A stretch of 36,954 bases of DNA from Ammoniphilus sp. (GCA_041640415.1 JBEQAI010000001.1:1-36954), one strand, 5' to 3'; shown: positions 19,711-27,564, numbered from the stretch's first letter. A program made the numbers and translations. The notes: generated by a model from the sequence alone, not told the origin.

Positions 19711-19807
19711 TGGCGGGAGATGGTAGGAATCGAACCCACCTCGGACATCACGTGCCCGACACTCGGTTTTGAAGACCGGGAGAGCCACCAGGACTCCATC
19801 AACTCCC
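19711..19807 (-). tRNA. selC: tRNA-Sec (anticodon UCA)
   Basis: 97 nt: 8-pair acceptor GGGAGTTG/CATCTCCC, 6-bp D stem, anticodon loop CT-TCA-AA, long variable arm TCGGGCA/TGTCCGA, GGTTCGATTCC T arm, G73 and encoded CCA; next to selA. Confidence 0.97.
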
Positions 19808-19818
19808 ATTATTATATC

Positions 19819-19856
19819 ATAATCATGATTATAATATAATTTAGATTAAAAGTAAA
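19819..19856 (-). promoter_or_regulatory. selC sigmaA promoter (TTTACT-17-TATAAT) with ATAATCATGATTAT operator
   Basis: -35 at 19851-19856, -10 at 19828-19833, palindrome at 19819-19832; upstream A10 tract may be an UP element. Confidence 0.75.
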
Positions 19857-19953
19857 GCGGTTTTTTTTTTGCAAAGCTGCTCGAGGTCCCACCTTTGCAG
19901 CTTTGCTATTATATATATTTCTGGATTTCTCTCATCCTATCTTATCTCTTAAC

Positions 19954-20196
19954 CTATTTAGCCATTAGCGTATGGCTGTCATGATTCTGCTTTTCTATAT
20001 CAAACCATGCTCTAATGCGCAACATTTCGTCTGTCGTATAATAACAACTCATAAAGTCCATGTTCTCATCTGCTCGAGGATTTTCTGCCCGATAAAGCTT
20101 CATAAAAATTTTTGCTTCCTCTTGCGACTCACAACGATTAATTCCCTTGGTCAAAAAATCCTTAATCGTTACAAGTCTTTCGCCTTTCCAAATCAT
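19954..20196 (-). CDS. Hypothetical protein (80 aa) under a sigma54 promoter
   Basis: RBS GGGAGGG 7 nt before ATG; -24/-12 promoter ~70 bp upstream. Confidence 0.75.
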   Translation of the reverse strand: MIWKGERLVTIKDFLTKGINRCESQEEAKIFMKLYRAENPRADENMDFMSCYYTTDEMLRIRAWFDIEKQNHDSHTLMAK

Positions 20197-20262
20197 GATA
20201 TAACCCTCCCTATATCGATGGTTTGTGAGTAACCACTGAAAGCATTTACATTAATATCTAAT

Positions 20263-20278
20263 TGCAAATCTTATGCCA
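20263..20278 (-). promoter_or_regulatory. sigma54 (SigL) -24/-12 promoter
   Basis: TGGCATAAGATTTGCA. Confidence 0.85.
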
Positions 20279-20329
20279 ATCGTTTTTTCCTACTATTCTT
20301 AAGAATCTTAACCTAATCCACTCGAATAT

Positions 20330-20369
20330 TGTAGAAGAATTCTACTTCATGGTGTAAAATTCTTCTACA
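20330..20369. promoter_or_regulatory. Two enhancer-like palindromes (bEBP UAS)
   Basis: TGTAGAA-GAA-TTCTACT (20330-20346) and TGTAAAA-TTC-TTCTACA (20353-20369). Confidence 0.7.
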
Positions 20370-20380
20370 CTGTTGTAATA

Positions 20381-21265
20381 TTACTCTCTTTTTAACAACA
20401 AGTTTGATTCGGTCAAAAATTTCCTTGCTACCTTTGTGACATCTTTGCCCTGTATATCTACTTCATATTGAAGCTCAAGCACTTTCTCTAAATTAAGATG
20501 ATGGACAATTTTACTTACCAATAGCACTAGATCATGAGTTTCCTGCTTGATAACCGGAGTTATATGGAAGGAGGGAAGAAGCTGCTGATCATCAGCGAGT
20601 TCGAGCAGATGGTATTCTTGTATTCGGCTATCTGAAGACCATCCGATGGCCACTTCCGTATGATTCTCGTTTAAGGCCTGATAAATCTGATGCGATTCTA
20701 CTGAAACCAAATCCCTCTCAGGAATGATTAGCCCATAACCGTTTTCAAGACTCCGTACCAGTTCTTTGTTCACTATCAATTCTTTATCTCCCGCGAATCT
20801 GAGTTTAATCTTGTTTTGCTGAACGATTTCAGCCAAGTCACTGATCGTCTTAATCTTCCATTGGCTAGCCTGAGATGGCTTCATAAGGAAGACCGGCTTA
20901 TGCGCAAGCTTGCTTTCTGATAGCCATACGAACCCTCGTGCCCTATCTTTTTCCATCAACTGATAGGTGGTTTCCCAATACAAATCAATGACACCTGCTT
21001 CCATAGCTGAATGAAGCAGCCCAGAATCAGAAAAAGAGAGTTCCTTTACGGTATAGCCTTGGTCCTTAAGCAATATCCCTGTCATTTTAAGCAATAAGAC
21101 TGACAAGGTTCCGTTCTTCGCCCCAATGGTGATGGCTTGCTCAAAAGCAGGAGCATGATCTTTACTATTGCCGGACTCTTGACTATAGCTCAGCTTCTCC
21201 CACGGAATGAACCAACCAACCAGAGCGAGGGTAATCATCCACCATTTAAGTGAAACATACTTCAT
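20381..21265 (-). CDS. OpuAC/OsmF-like glycine-betaine-family substrate-binding protein (divergent copy)
   Basis: AMEAGVIDLYWE, IKTISDLA, SSDSRIQEYHLLELADD and ARKFL; N-terminal hydrophobic signal. Paralogue of 22204-23175. Confidence 0.8.
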   Translation of the reverse strand: MKYVSLKWWMITLALVGWFIPWEKLSYSQESGNSKDHAPAFEQAITIGAKNGTLSVLLLKMTGILLKDQGYTVKELSFSDSGLLHSAMEAGVIDLYWETTYQLMEKDRARGFVWLSESKLAHKPVFLMKPSQASQWKIKTISDLAEIVQQNKIKLRFAGDKELIVNKELVRSLENGYGLIIPERDLVSVESHQIYQALNENHTEVAIGWSSDSRIQEYHLLELADDQQLLPSFHITPVIKQETHDLVLLVSKIVHHLNLEKVLELQYEVDIQGKDVTKVARKFLTESNLLLKRE

Positions 21266-21396
21266 ACCGAGATGCCGAGCTTATGAAATACTTGAAACAG
21301 TCTCTCATATATTTTTTCTCGTTCTTCCTGTGGCGGGTTTTTTAATAGAAGTTCCATGCAGGAATGCAATTCTATCTCTAGTCTTCTTTTATCCAT
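21262..21396 (-). CDS. Unannotated small protein (44 aa), first gene of a sigma54 transcript
   Basis: RBS GAGAGGAG, ATG 21396: MDKRRLEIELHSCMELLLKNPPQEEREKIYERLFQVFHKLGISV*. Its TGA overlaps the next ATG (ATGA). Confidence 0.7.
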   Translation of the reverse strand: MDKRRLEIELHSCMELLLKNPPQEEREKIYERLFQVFHKLGISV

Positions 21397-21442
21397 GGAA
21401 TTCGACTCCTCTCCAGTTCCATTATTTATAACATATTAACAT

Positions 21443-21458
21443 TGCAAAATTCGTGCCA
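21443..21458 (-). promoter_or_regulatory. sigma54 (SigL) -24/-12 promoter
   Basis: TGGCACGAATTTTGCA, consensus match. Confidence 0.9.
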
Positions 21459-21521
21459 GACTGACAGATTCCTCATATCGCTGTAAAACGGTAGAAAACG
21501 TAAATATTCTATCCATTCTGA

Positions 21522-21557
21522 TGTAGAATTTTTCTACACCTGTATGCAATTTCAACA
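21522..21557. promoter_or_regulatory. Enhancer-like palindromes (bEBP UAS)
   Basis: Perfect TGTAGAA-TTT-TTCTACA (21522-21538) plus degenerate TGTATGC-AAT-TTCAACA (21541-21557). Confidence 0.7.
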
Positions 21558-21608
21558 TAAGAAAGCTACTAAATGTAGTCTTATAGCGTATTATACTTTC
21601 TTATAAGT

Positions 21609-21654
21609 AAAAAAAAATCTCCACCCACTAGTCCATAAAGACTGCGGCGGAGAT
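21609..21654 (-). terminator. Intrinsic terminator after the CxxC ORF
   Basis: Minus strand ATCTCCGCC...GGTGGAGAT followed by a T-run. Confidence 0.8.
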
Positions 21655-21660
21655 GAAGAT

Positions 21661-21855
21661 TTACTCGCTGAATGAATTTTCACTATCGCAATGCTGACAA
21701 AAAACGATGAGATTACCATCATTCCAATCCTCAAGATGATGATCCTTCTTTCCACCCACAAACCAATGCATCTCATCCGTTTCAACAAGAAAGGAGATCT
21801 TCCATCCCATTAACTCTTCGCAATGAATGCATCGATGTTCCTGTACGATGTCCAT
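21661..21855 (-). CDS. Small double-CxxC (zinc-ribbon-like) protein, 64 aa
   Basis: CIHC...CQHC, RBS AAAGGAG and its own terminator. Confidence 0.7.
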   Translation of the reverse strand: MDIVQEHRCIHCEELMGWKISFLVETDEMHWFVGGKKDHHLEDWNDGNLIVFCQHCDSENSFSE

Positions 21856-21880
21856 AATAAAACTCCTTTATAATTATTAT

Positions 21881-21950
21881 AAAAAAAAGGGGCGCCTAGG
21901 CGCCTAGTAATGAGTAGGAGTAAAAACGTTACAGGCTTAACACAACCTTT
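21881..21950 (-). ncRNA. Candidate ~70-nt small RNA (or terminating leader of the CxxC ORF)
   Basis: Perfect TTGACA-17-TATAAT promoter upstream; ends in GGCGC-CUAG-GCGCC-CC-U8; internal anti-SD-like UACUCCUACUC; no credible ORF. Confidence 0.6.
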
Positions 21951-21956
21951 GATTAT

Positions 21957-21985
21957 ATTATAATCATGATTATGTAAATTGTCAA
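21957..21985 (-). promoter_or_regulatory. Consensus sigmaA promoter with ATAATCATGATTAT operator
   Basis: -35 TTGACA at 21980-21985, 17-bp spacer, -10 TATAAT at 21957-21962, palindrome at 21960-21973. Confidence 0.85.
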
Positions 21986-22203
21986 TACAATTAAGAATTA
22001 TCTATTCAAGAAATGTGAGCAACTAGCTGTCCATCCTCCCAGGACGACGTAGTGGATAAATACCCATTTTTTTAAAAAATCATGAGAAATAATAAGAAAA
22101 TAGTTGAAAAAATGCCACTTATCGTCGATAATACAGTCCAAAAACGGAGTCATTATCGTGATTAGATGACAAATTTCCAACTACTACCTATGTTTCGCCC
22201 TAA

Positions 22204-23175
22204 CTACTTCTTTAACAAATCGTTTTCTTTCAAAAACTGTCTTGCCACAGCGAATTCATCCTGATGCAATACCTCAACCTTGTAGGTAAGGTCGATCATC
22301 ACCTCATTATTTAGCTTTTTTGATATGGTGTCCAATAGTTCTGCAATCTCGGGATGGGAGTCCATGGTCTGTTGCCTTATAATGGGGGCAACATGATAGG
22401 GCGGAAATACATGACGGTCATCTTCAAGTACCGTTAGTTGATACTTTTTAATTCGGCTGTCAGCCACCCATCCAACGGCCACTTGAACCCTGGATTCCTT
22501 GACAGCCTGAGACAGCAGATTATTCTCTACGGCTAGGACATTTTCATCTTTGATAGAAAAGCCGTAAATCTCGTTCAGCCTTTTTACGCCATCCTCTCTT
22601 CGCAAAAACTCTTCATTGAGGGCAAATTTCATAGATTGGAGTTCAATTTCTACATTCTTTTGATTCGTATACCTCGCAAGGTCACTAATCGTTTGTATAT
22701 TCAAATTCTTTGCAAGGTCCTCCCTCATCAGAATGACCCATGAGCTATCAAAGTCAGAACGCGGAAGCCAAATCAAGCCCTTTTTGCCATCCTCTTCCTG
22801 TACCTCCTTAAAGGCAAGGTCCGAATCAAAAATCGGACGTTTCTTATGAATATACATTCTGACCGTGTTTGTGTATTCCCAGCAAAGATCAACCACTCCC
22901 GCTTCAAGTCCCTTACGAAGAGAACTGCTGTCCGAAAAGTTCATTTCCTTCACGCGATACCCATGATCCTTCAGCAAGAGGGTAGAGATTTTCATCAACA
23001 AACGTTGCTCCGTAGCTGGTCTTGCTCCCATGACAATCAGCGGCATCTGTCCAGGATCCTTTACACCTTTACTCTGGCTTGCTTTTTCACATCCGGCAAG
23101 AACAGGTAGAATACAAATTAAAAACAAGAGGGCAGTTTTCTTCCATGAGGTAAGTTTATGAGTATGATTCATCAT
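22204..23175 (-). CDS. OpuAC/OsmF-like glycine-betaine-family substrate-binding lipoprotein
   Basis: LAGC lipobox, TEQRLL, GVVDLCWEYTNT, IQTISDLA, EFLRREDG and LEDDRHVFPPY. Confidence 0.88.
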   Translation of the reverse strand: MMNHTHKLTSWKKTALLFLICILPVLAGCEKASQSKGVKDPGQMPLIVMGARPATEQRLLMKISTLLLKDHGYRVKEMNFSDSSSLRKGLEAGVVDLCWEYTNTVRMYIHKKRPIFDSDLAFKEVQEEDGKKGLIWLPRSDFDSSWVILMREDLAKNLNIQTISDLARYTNQKNVEIELQSMKFALNEEFLRREDGVKRLNEIYGFSIKDENVLAVENNLLSQAVKESRVQVAVGWVADSRIKKYQLTVLEDDRHVFPPYHVAPIIRQQTMDSHPEIAELLDTISKKLNNEVMIDLTYKVEVLHQDEFAVARQFLKENDLLKK

Positions 23176-23188
23176 GAACTTATCCCCA

Positions 23189-24613
23189 TTATTTACATTG
23201 CATTTTCTTTAATTTGTAAATGAGCGTATGCCTAGAGATTCCCAAACGTTCAGCAGCCCTTGTCTGATTTCCCCCTGTTTCTTCCAATGCTCGCCGAATT
23301 AGCTGTTCCTCAACATTTTCCAGAACGGACTGCAGCGTCAAATCCTTTTCCATTTTAATAACTCCCTCACCGAGGGAGGGTTCATCGGGGCTTCATGGTT
23401 GAAATTGGGCTTGAGAACCAGATAGGCTAAAATCTCCTACTGCAATGGGATGGGGCAAATCATGCAGTTTGATTTCTCCGGCAGGCTTCAGCAGATGAAT
23501 TCTCTCTAGAGAATTTAATAGTTCTCTAATATTCCCTGGCCATTCATATTCCGTAAGTTTTTCAAGAGCTTCTGATGCGATAGAAATCGTTTTGCTATAT
23601 TTACTGTTGAGTTTACGCAAATACCCATAAACAATGGGAGAGATGTCCTCTTTTCTTTCCCTTAATGGAGGCACCTGAATTTCCGCTAGATTCAATCGAT
23701 AATACAGGTCCTCGCGAAACTTCTTTTCCATGACTAATCGCTTCAAATCGCGATTGGTTGCTGTAATAATTCGGACATCCACGGATCGGTATTCACTGCT
23801 GCCCAGCTTCATAAACTTTTTCTCTTCTATGACATGCAACAATTTAGCCTGCATGGACATCGAAGTCTCCCCAATCTCATCGAGAAAAATAGTTCCTCCG
23901 TCCGCTAATTCAAATTTCCCCGGCCTAGATTCATTGGCTCCCGTAAACGCTCCTTTGCGAACACCGAACAGTTCACTTTCTAGAAGTTGTTCGGGGATGG
24001 CGGCACAATTGAGAGAGACAAAAGGCCGATCCTTGCGGTTGCTTCTTTGATGGATCCATTTCGCCAGTGCTGTTTTTCCCACACCGCTTTCACCAAGAAT
24101 TAAAATATTGGCATCCGATTCGATGATCTTCTCTAGGAATTGAATGATTTCGTTCATTTTGTCACTCTTATAGATAAGGTCATCATTTCCGCTGGTTCGC
24201 TTCAGTTCTTCTTTCAGCATTTGATTTTCCAGCTGGAGCTGTTTATTTGCACACGCTTTCAAGACCACTTCTTTTAGAATATTTAACTCAATGGGCTTGT
24301 TCATAAAGTCATAAGCGCCCAGTTTCATCGCCGTTACGGCGTTTTCTACATTCCCGTAAGCGGTTAGCATGATGATCGCGATCTGTTCATTTTCTTCCTT
24401 GATTTTCTGCAGGACCTCTATCCCCGTCATATCGGGCAGCATATAGTCCAAAATGACAGCATCAATCTTCTCCCGTTTAACTGCATCGATCCCCTCTTGC
24501 CCAGATAAGGCTTGATGGACTGCAAAACCTTCCTTTTTAAGCTTTTGGGACATGATTTTATTTAAACGCTCTTCATCATCTATAACCAAAACGGAATAGG
24601 ACATACCGCTCAC
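23189..24613 (-). CDS. NtrC-family sigma54-dependent response regulator (REC-AAA+-Fis HTH), 474 aa with in-frame UGA at codon 407 (candidate Sec)
   Basis: REC (LDYMLPD), GESGVGKT, GAFTGA, FLDEIGE, FREDLYYRL and WPGNIREL. After TGA 23393-23395 the same frame continues 67 aa through RALEETGGNQTRAAERLGISRHTLIYKLKK to TAA 23189-23191. The family call is certain; read-through is inferred. Confidence 0.8.
23362..23378 (-). promoter_or_regulatory. Candidate SECIS element of the NtrC-type regulator
   Basis: CUCCCUC-GGU-GAGGGAG 7-bp stem; the loop begins at nt 22 after the UGA. Confidence 0.7.
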
Positions 24614-26766
24614 CCTTTCCTACTTATATTAAAACTCGTAATGATTCTTGTTCCCTTGTTTTCTTCGCTTTCGATCCGAATGTCTCCTCCATGCTCTACA
24701 ATAATATCCCTTGCAATCGTGAGCCCTAACCCCGAACCCTCCTCTTTCGTGGAAAAGAACGGATTATACAGCCAGTCTAGGTTTTGGGTGGGTATGCCCA
24801 TGCCAGAATCTTCAATCTCCACGAAGACCCTCTCCTGTTCTTGATAAACCCGAACCCTTAAATCACCGCCCTCTGGCATGGCATCGACGCTGTTTAAAAT
24901 CAAGTTCAAATATACCTGCATCAATTGATCGTATTTTCCTTCCACACAAGCTGCATTTTCTTCAAGCTTTTTATCAACATTTACTTTAGATTCCTTTAGC
25001 TTGATGCGCAGTAAGTGAAGCACCTCGTCCAAAAGCTTGTCCATTCGAATCGGCTTGACAGCATCTGTGTTTATCTTTGCAAATTTCAGAAAATCATTCG
25101 TGATCACTTTCATCCGCTTAACCACTTGATGGATATCCTCGGTCAGTTCCTCGATCATTCCTCCGCATTGATTCTCATGCACCTCTTCCTTCAGCAATTC
25201 GCTTGCACCGGATAAAATGGCTAAGGGATTCTTAATCTCGTGGGCAATCCCGGTCGTAATTTGGCCGATGACAGCTAGCTTCTCCCGCTGCTTGGCATGA
25301 GCCTCTAACAGTTTGAGCTGAGAAATATCCTCAAGCATCGCAATAATTCCGATCTCATTATGGTTTTCGTCAAAGAATTTGGAACTTACTACTTTGACGA
25401 TATGCTTTTGACCTTCTGCATCCATAATGTAGGTTTCGTTTTCTTCCGTGATCTTACCGGATTGAAGATGCTGCAAAGCCACAAAGTCCATTTGCTCCTT
25501 TTTAATGGGTACATCCATCATAGGCAGACCAACGATTCGGTCCCGCTGAAATCCTGTTAGCCTTTCGAAGGCATGGTTCAGATGTGTAATTACTCCCGCG
25601 TTATCCATGGTTACAATGGCATAAGGGATGCCTTCTATCACATCGCGTAAGTAGCGTTCCTTTTCTTCTAGCATCCGCTGCTTTTCCAAGTTGCTTAACC
25701 CCACCGTAACGATCGTCCTCATTAAAACACCAAGTTCATCAGGGGAATGATACTTTTTCAAATTTTGAATCCTACGAAGCGACTGCTCCTTTGTAAAATC
25801 CGTAGCCAACTTCGTCAATCCGACGATCGGATAAAGCAATTGCCTCATCCCTACCCCAATTAGCCCGAGTGAAAACATCAATATGGCAATAAAGCCAACA
25901 GATAGAAGCTTTGAAAGGTGATTCACAGACTGAAAGGCAATGGTCTCAGGAACTCCCAACGCCAATCCCCATCCATCCCTCATCGAATGATAAGCAATGA
26001 TTCCCTGCTCCTCCTTATACATCTCCTTCATGGAACCTGCCGCGTCCATCGATAATTGAATAGCTACCGGATCGTTGGAGTAATCTTCCCCTAGCTCTTC
26101 CTCATCGGTTGAAGCGATCACCCTTCCGTTTCGATCAAGCAAGAAGCTAAAGCCCTGATTCGTAATGCTGATGCTCTTTAATACTTCCGATAAATATTCC
26201 TGGCTCAATTCAGCGACAAGGATTCCTTTAAACTGCTGATCTCTTGCCAACACAGGGATAGCAATGGATACGACGGACTTGCCATGAACATTGCGGATCT
26301 GGTCAGATACGTGATAGTTTAAGCTCCAGCGAACATCTTCGTAACCGGGGTAGCGGTACTTCCCCTGACCCATATCAGGGAGAAAGGGGGCTTCAAAGTG
26401 AATCTTCTGCTCTTCATCTACATAAAAAACAGAGTGTATCATGGAACTGTTTGAAATGGTTTGCTTTGCCCTATTGAACATTTTGCTATGGTCTAGCGAC
26501 CCATCGCTTTTGGTTTCCGTTATCAACTGCAGCTGCAAGACCACATCCTGAATCTCCCGATTCAATCTTTTAGCCAATGCATCCGCATGAAGACCGTTTT
26601 TCTTAATGATATCTTCTTCTAAAATAGTGTTCGCATTGTCTACAATGAAATAGTAGATCAGGACGAGCGGTATAATGAATAGGGTGGAGAAAATCAAAAG
26701 ATATTTTTTAGTGATACTGGAGGATATCTCCCTCTTGATCCAATTGCCCATTAGCATAAACATCAT
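24610..26766 (-). CDS. Sensor histidine kinase (TM-dCache-TM-HAMP-PAS-HisKA-HATPase), cognate of the NtrC-type regulator
   Basis: Cache-like VVSIAIPV..GILVAEL..FLLDRNGRVIA, PAS, GIAHEIKNPL and PFFSTKEEGSGLGL; GTGA overlap with the regulator start. Confidence 0.92.
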   Translation of the reverse strand: MMFMLMGNWIKREISSSITKKYLLIFSTLFIIPLVLIYYFIVDNANTILEEDIIKKNGLHADALAKRLNREIQDVVLQLQLITETKSDGSLDHSKMFNRAKQTISNSSMIHSVFYVDEEQKIHFEAPFLPDMGQGKYRYPGYEDVRWSLNYHVSDQIRNVHGKSVVSIAIPVLARDQQFKGILVAELSQEYLSEVLKSISITNQGFSFLLDRNGRVIASTDEEELGEDYSNDPVAIQLSMDAAGSMKEMYKEEQGIIAYHSMRDGWGLALGVPETIAFQSVNHLSKLLSVGFIAILMFSLGLIGVGMRQLLYPIVGLTKLATDFTKEQSLRRIQNLKKYHSPDELGVLMRTIVTVGLSNLEKQRMLEEKERYLRDVIEGIPYAIVTMDNAGVITHLNHAFERLTGFQRDRIVGLPMMDVPIKKEQMDFVALQHLQSGKITEENETYIMDAEGQKHIVKVVSSKFFDENHNEIGIIAMLEDISQLKLLEAHAKQREKLAVIGQITTGIAHEIKNPLAILSGASELLKEEVHENQCGGMIEELTEDIHQVVKRMKVITNDFLKFAKINTDAVKPIRMDKLLDEVLHLLRIKLKESKVNVDKKLEENAACVEGKYDQLMQVYLNLILNSVDAMPEGGDLRVRVYQEQERVFVEIEDSGMGIPTQNLDWLYNPFFSTKEEGSGLGLTIARDIIVEHGGDIRIESEENKGTRIITSFNISRKG

Positions 26767-26788
26767 TTATACCTCATTAGAAATGGAA

Positions 26789-27448
26789 TTAGGCAGCGCT
26801 ATAGGCAATTTTTCTAATATATTTCATCGTTTTTTCAACGGCTTCTTCGGGGGTATAGGTTCGACGGTTATTCAGCAAGAGCGTCAGCATGCCCTGCCAT
26901 ATTAAAACAGCCATTTCATTCAATTCTTCTGCATGCTCTTCCTTGATTAATCCTTCCTTCACGCTCTTTTCCAATGCAACTCGGCCTCTTTTAGAAAGAT
27001 TCGATTCCAATACCATCGGCAGAAACTCTTCGGGCAGCTCAATAATATCCATAGGGAAAATGGTATAATAATTCTGCAACAGTTCTTCTGGCTGAGCCCC
27101 TAGGTTGGACGAAAAAATGGCGTTATAGATTTTAGGCTCGGCAAAGGAAAATTTGCAAAAACACTCCCAAGTCAATAAATATTTTTCCAGAGAATTTTCA
27201 CCTTTGGCCATATATTCCGGTAAAGCATCCGTGTACTTTTTCAAGAAAGTCATACCGGCAAAGAAAACTAAATGGGACAGTTCCTGAAAGTAATTGTAAA
27301 TCGTTGCACTATTGTAACCCGCAATATCTGCCACTTTTCGGATCGTGACATGCTCAATTCCTTCTTCTTTCATGATTTGGACCGTTGCGTCAATGAAATA
27401 CCGCATGATCCTCGTTCTTTGAATTTCCTTTTTATCCAAACGAAACAC
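26789..27448 (-). CDS. TetR/AcrR-family transcriptional regulator
   Basis: EEGIEHVTIRKVADIAGYNSATIYNYF HTH. TTG 27439 (RBS GAGGAG) may be the real start. Confidence 0.92.
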   Translation of the reverse strand: MFRLDKKEIQRTRIMRYFIDATVQIMKEEGIEHVTIRKVADIAGYNSATIYNYFQELSHLVFFAGMTFLKKYTDALPEYMAKGENSLEKYLLTWECFCKFSFAEPKIYNAIFSSNLGAQPEELLQNYYTIFPMDIIELPEEFLPMVLESNLSKRGRVALEKSVKEGLIKEEHAEELNEMAVLIWQGMLTLLLNNRRTYTPEEAVEKTMKYIRKIAYSAA

Positions 27449-27482
27449 TCCTCACATCCTATGACCTAATCAGATTTATCAA

Positions 27483-27529
27483 ATAATCATGTATGCTTTC
27501 ATTATAAAGTATAATACCACAGCGATAAA
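27483..27529 (-). promoter_or_regulatory. Putative tetR promoter with imperfect operator
   Basis: -10 TATAAT at 27501-27506, weak -35 TTTATC 17 bp upstream; ATAATCATG-TATG at 27483-27495 (one perfect half site). Confidence 0.5.
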
Positions 27530-27564
27530 TCCTTTTTCTTATTTTGGGGGTATTTCGTTCGAAT

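Noticed and set aside
19711-19807. tRNA-Sec as an integration site of a mobile island
   Set aside because: No integrase, transposase or duplicated tRNA 3' end was seen in the window.
21998-22180. 60-aa ORF and a TGGCA at 22113-22117 as a third sigma54 promoter
   Set aside because: The ORF has a weak start context and low-complexity AT-rich composition, and the TGGCA lacks the -12 TTGC element.
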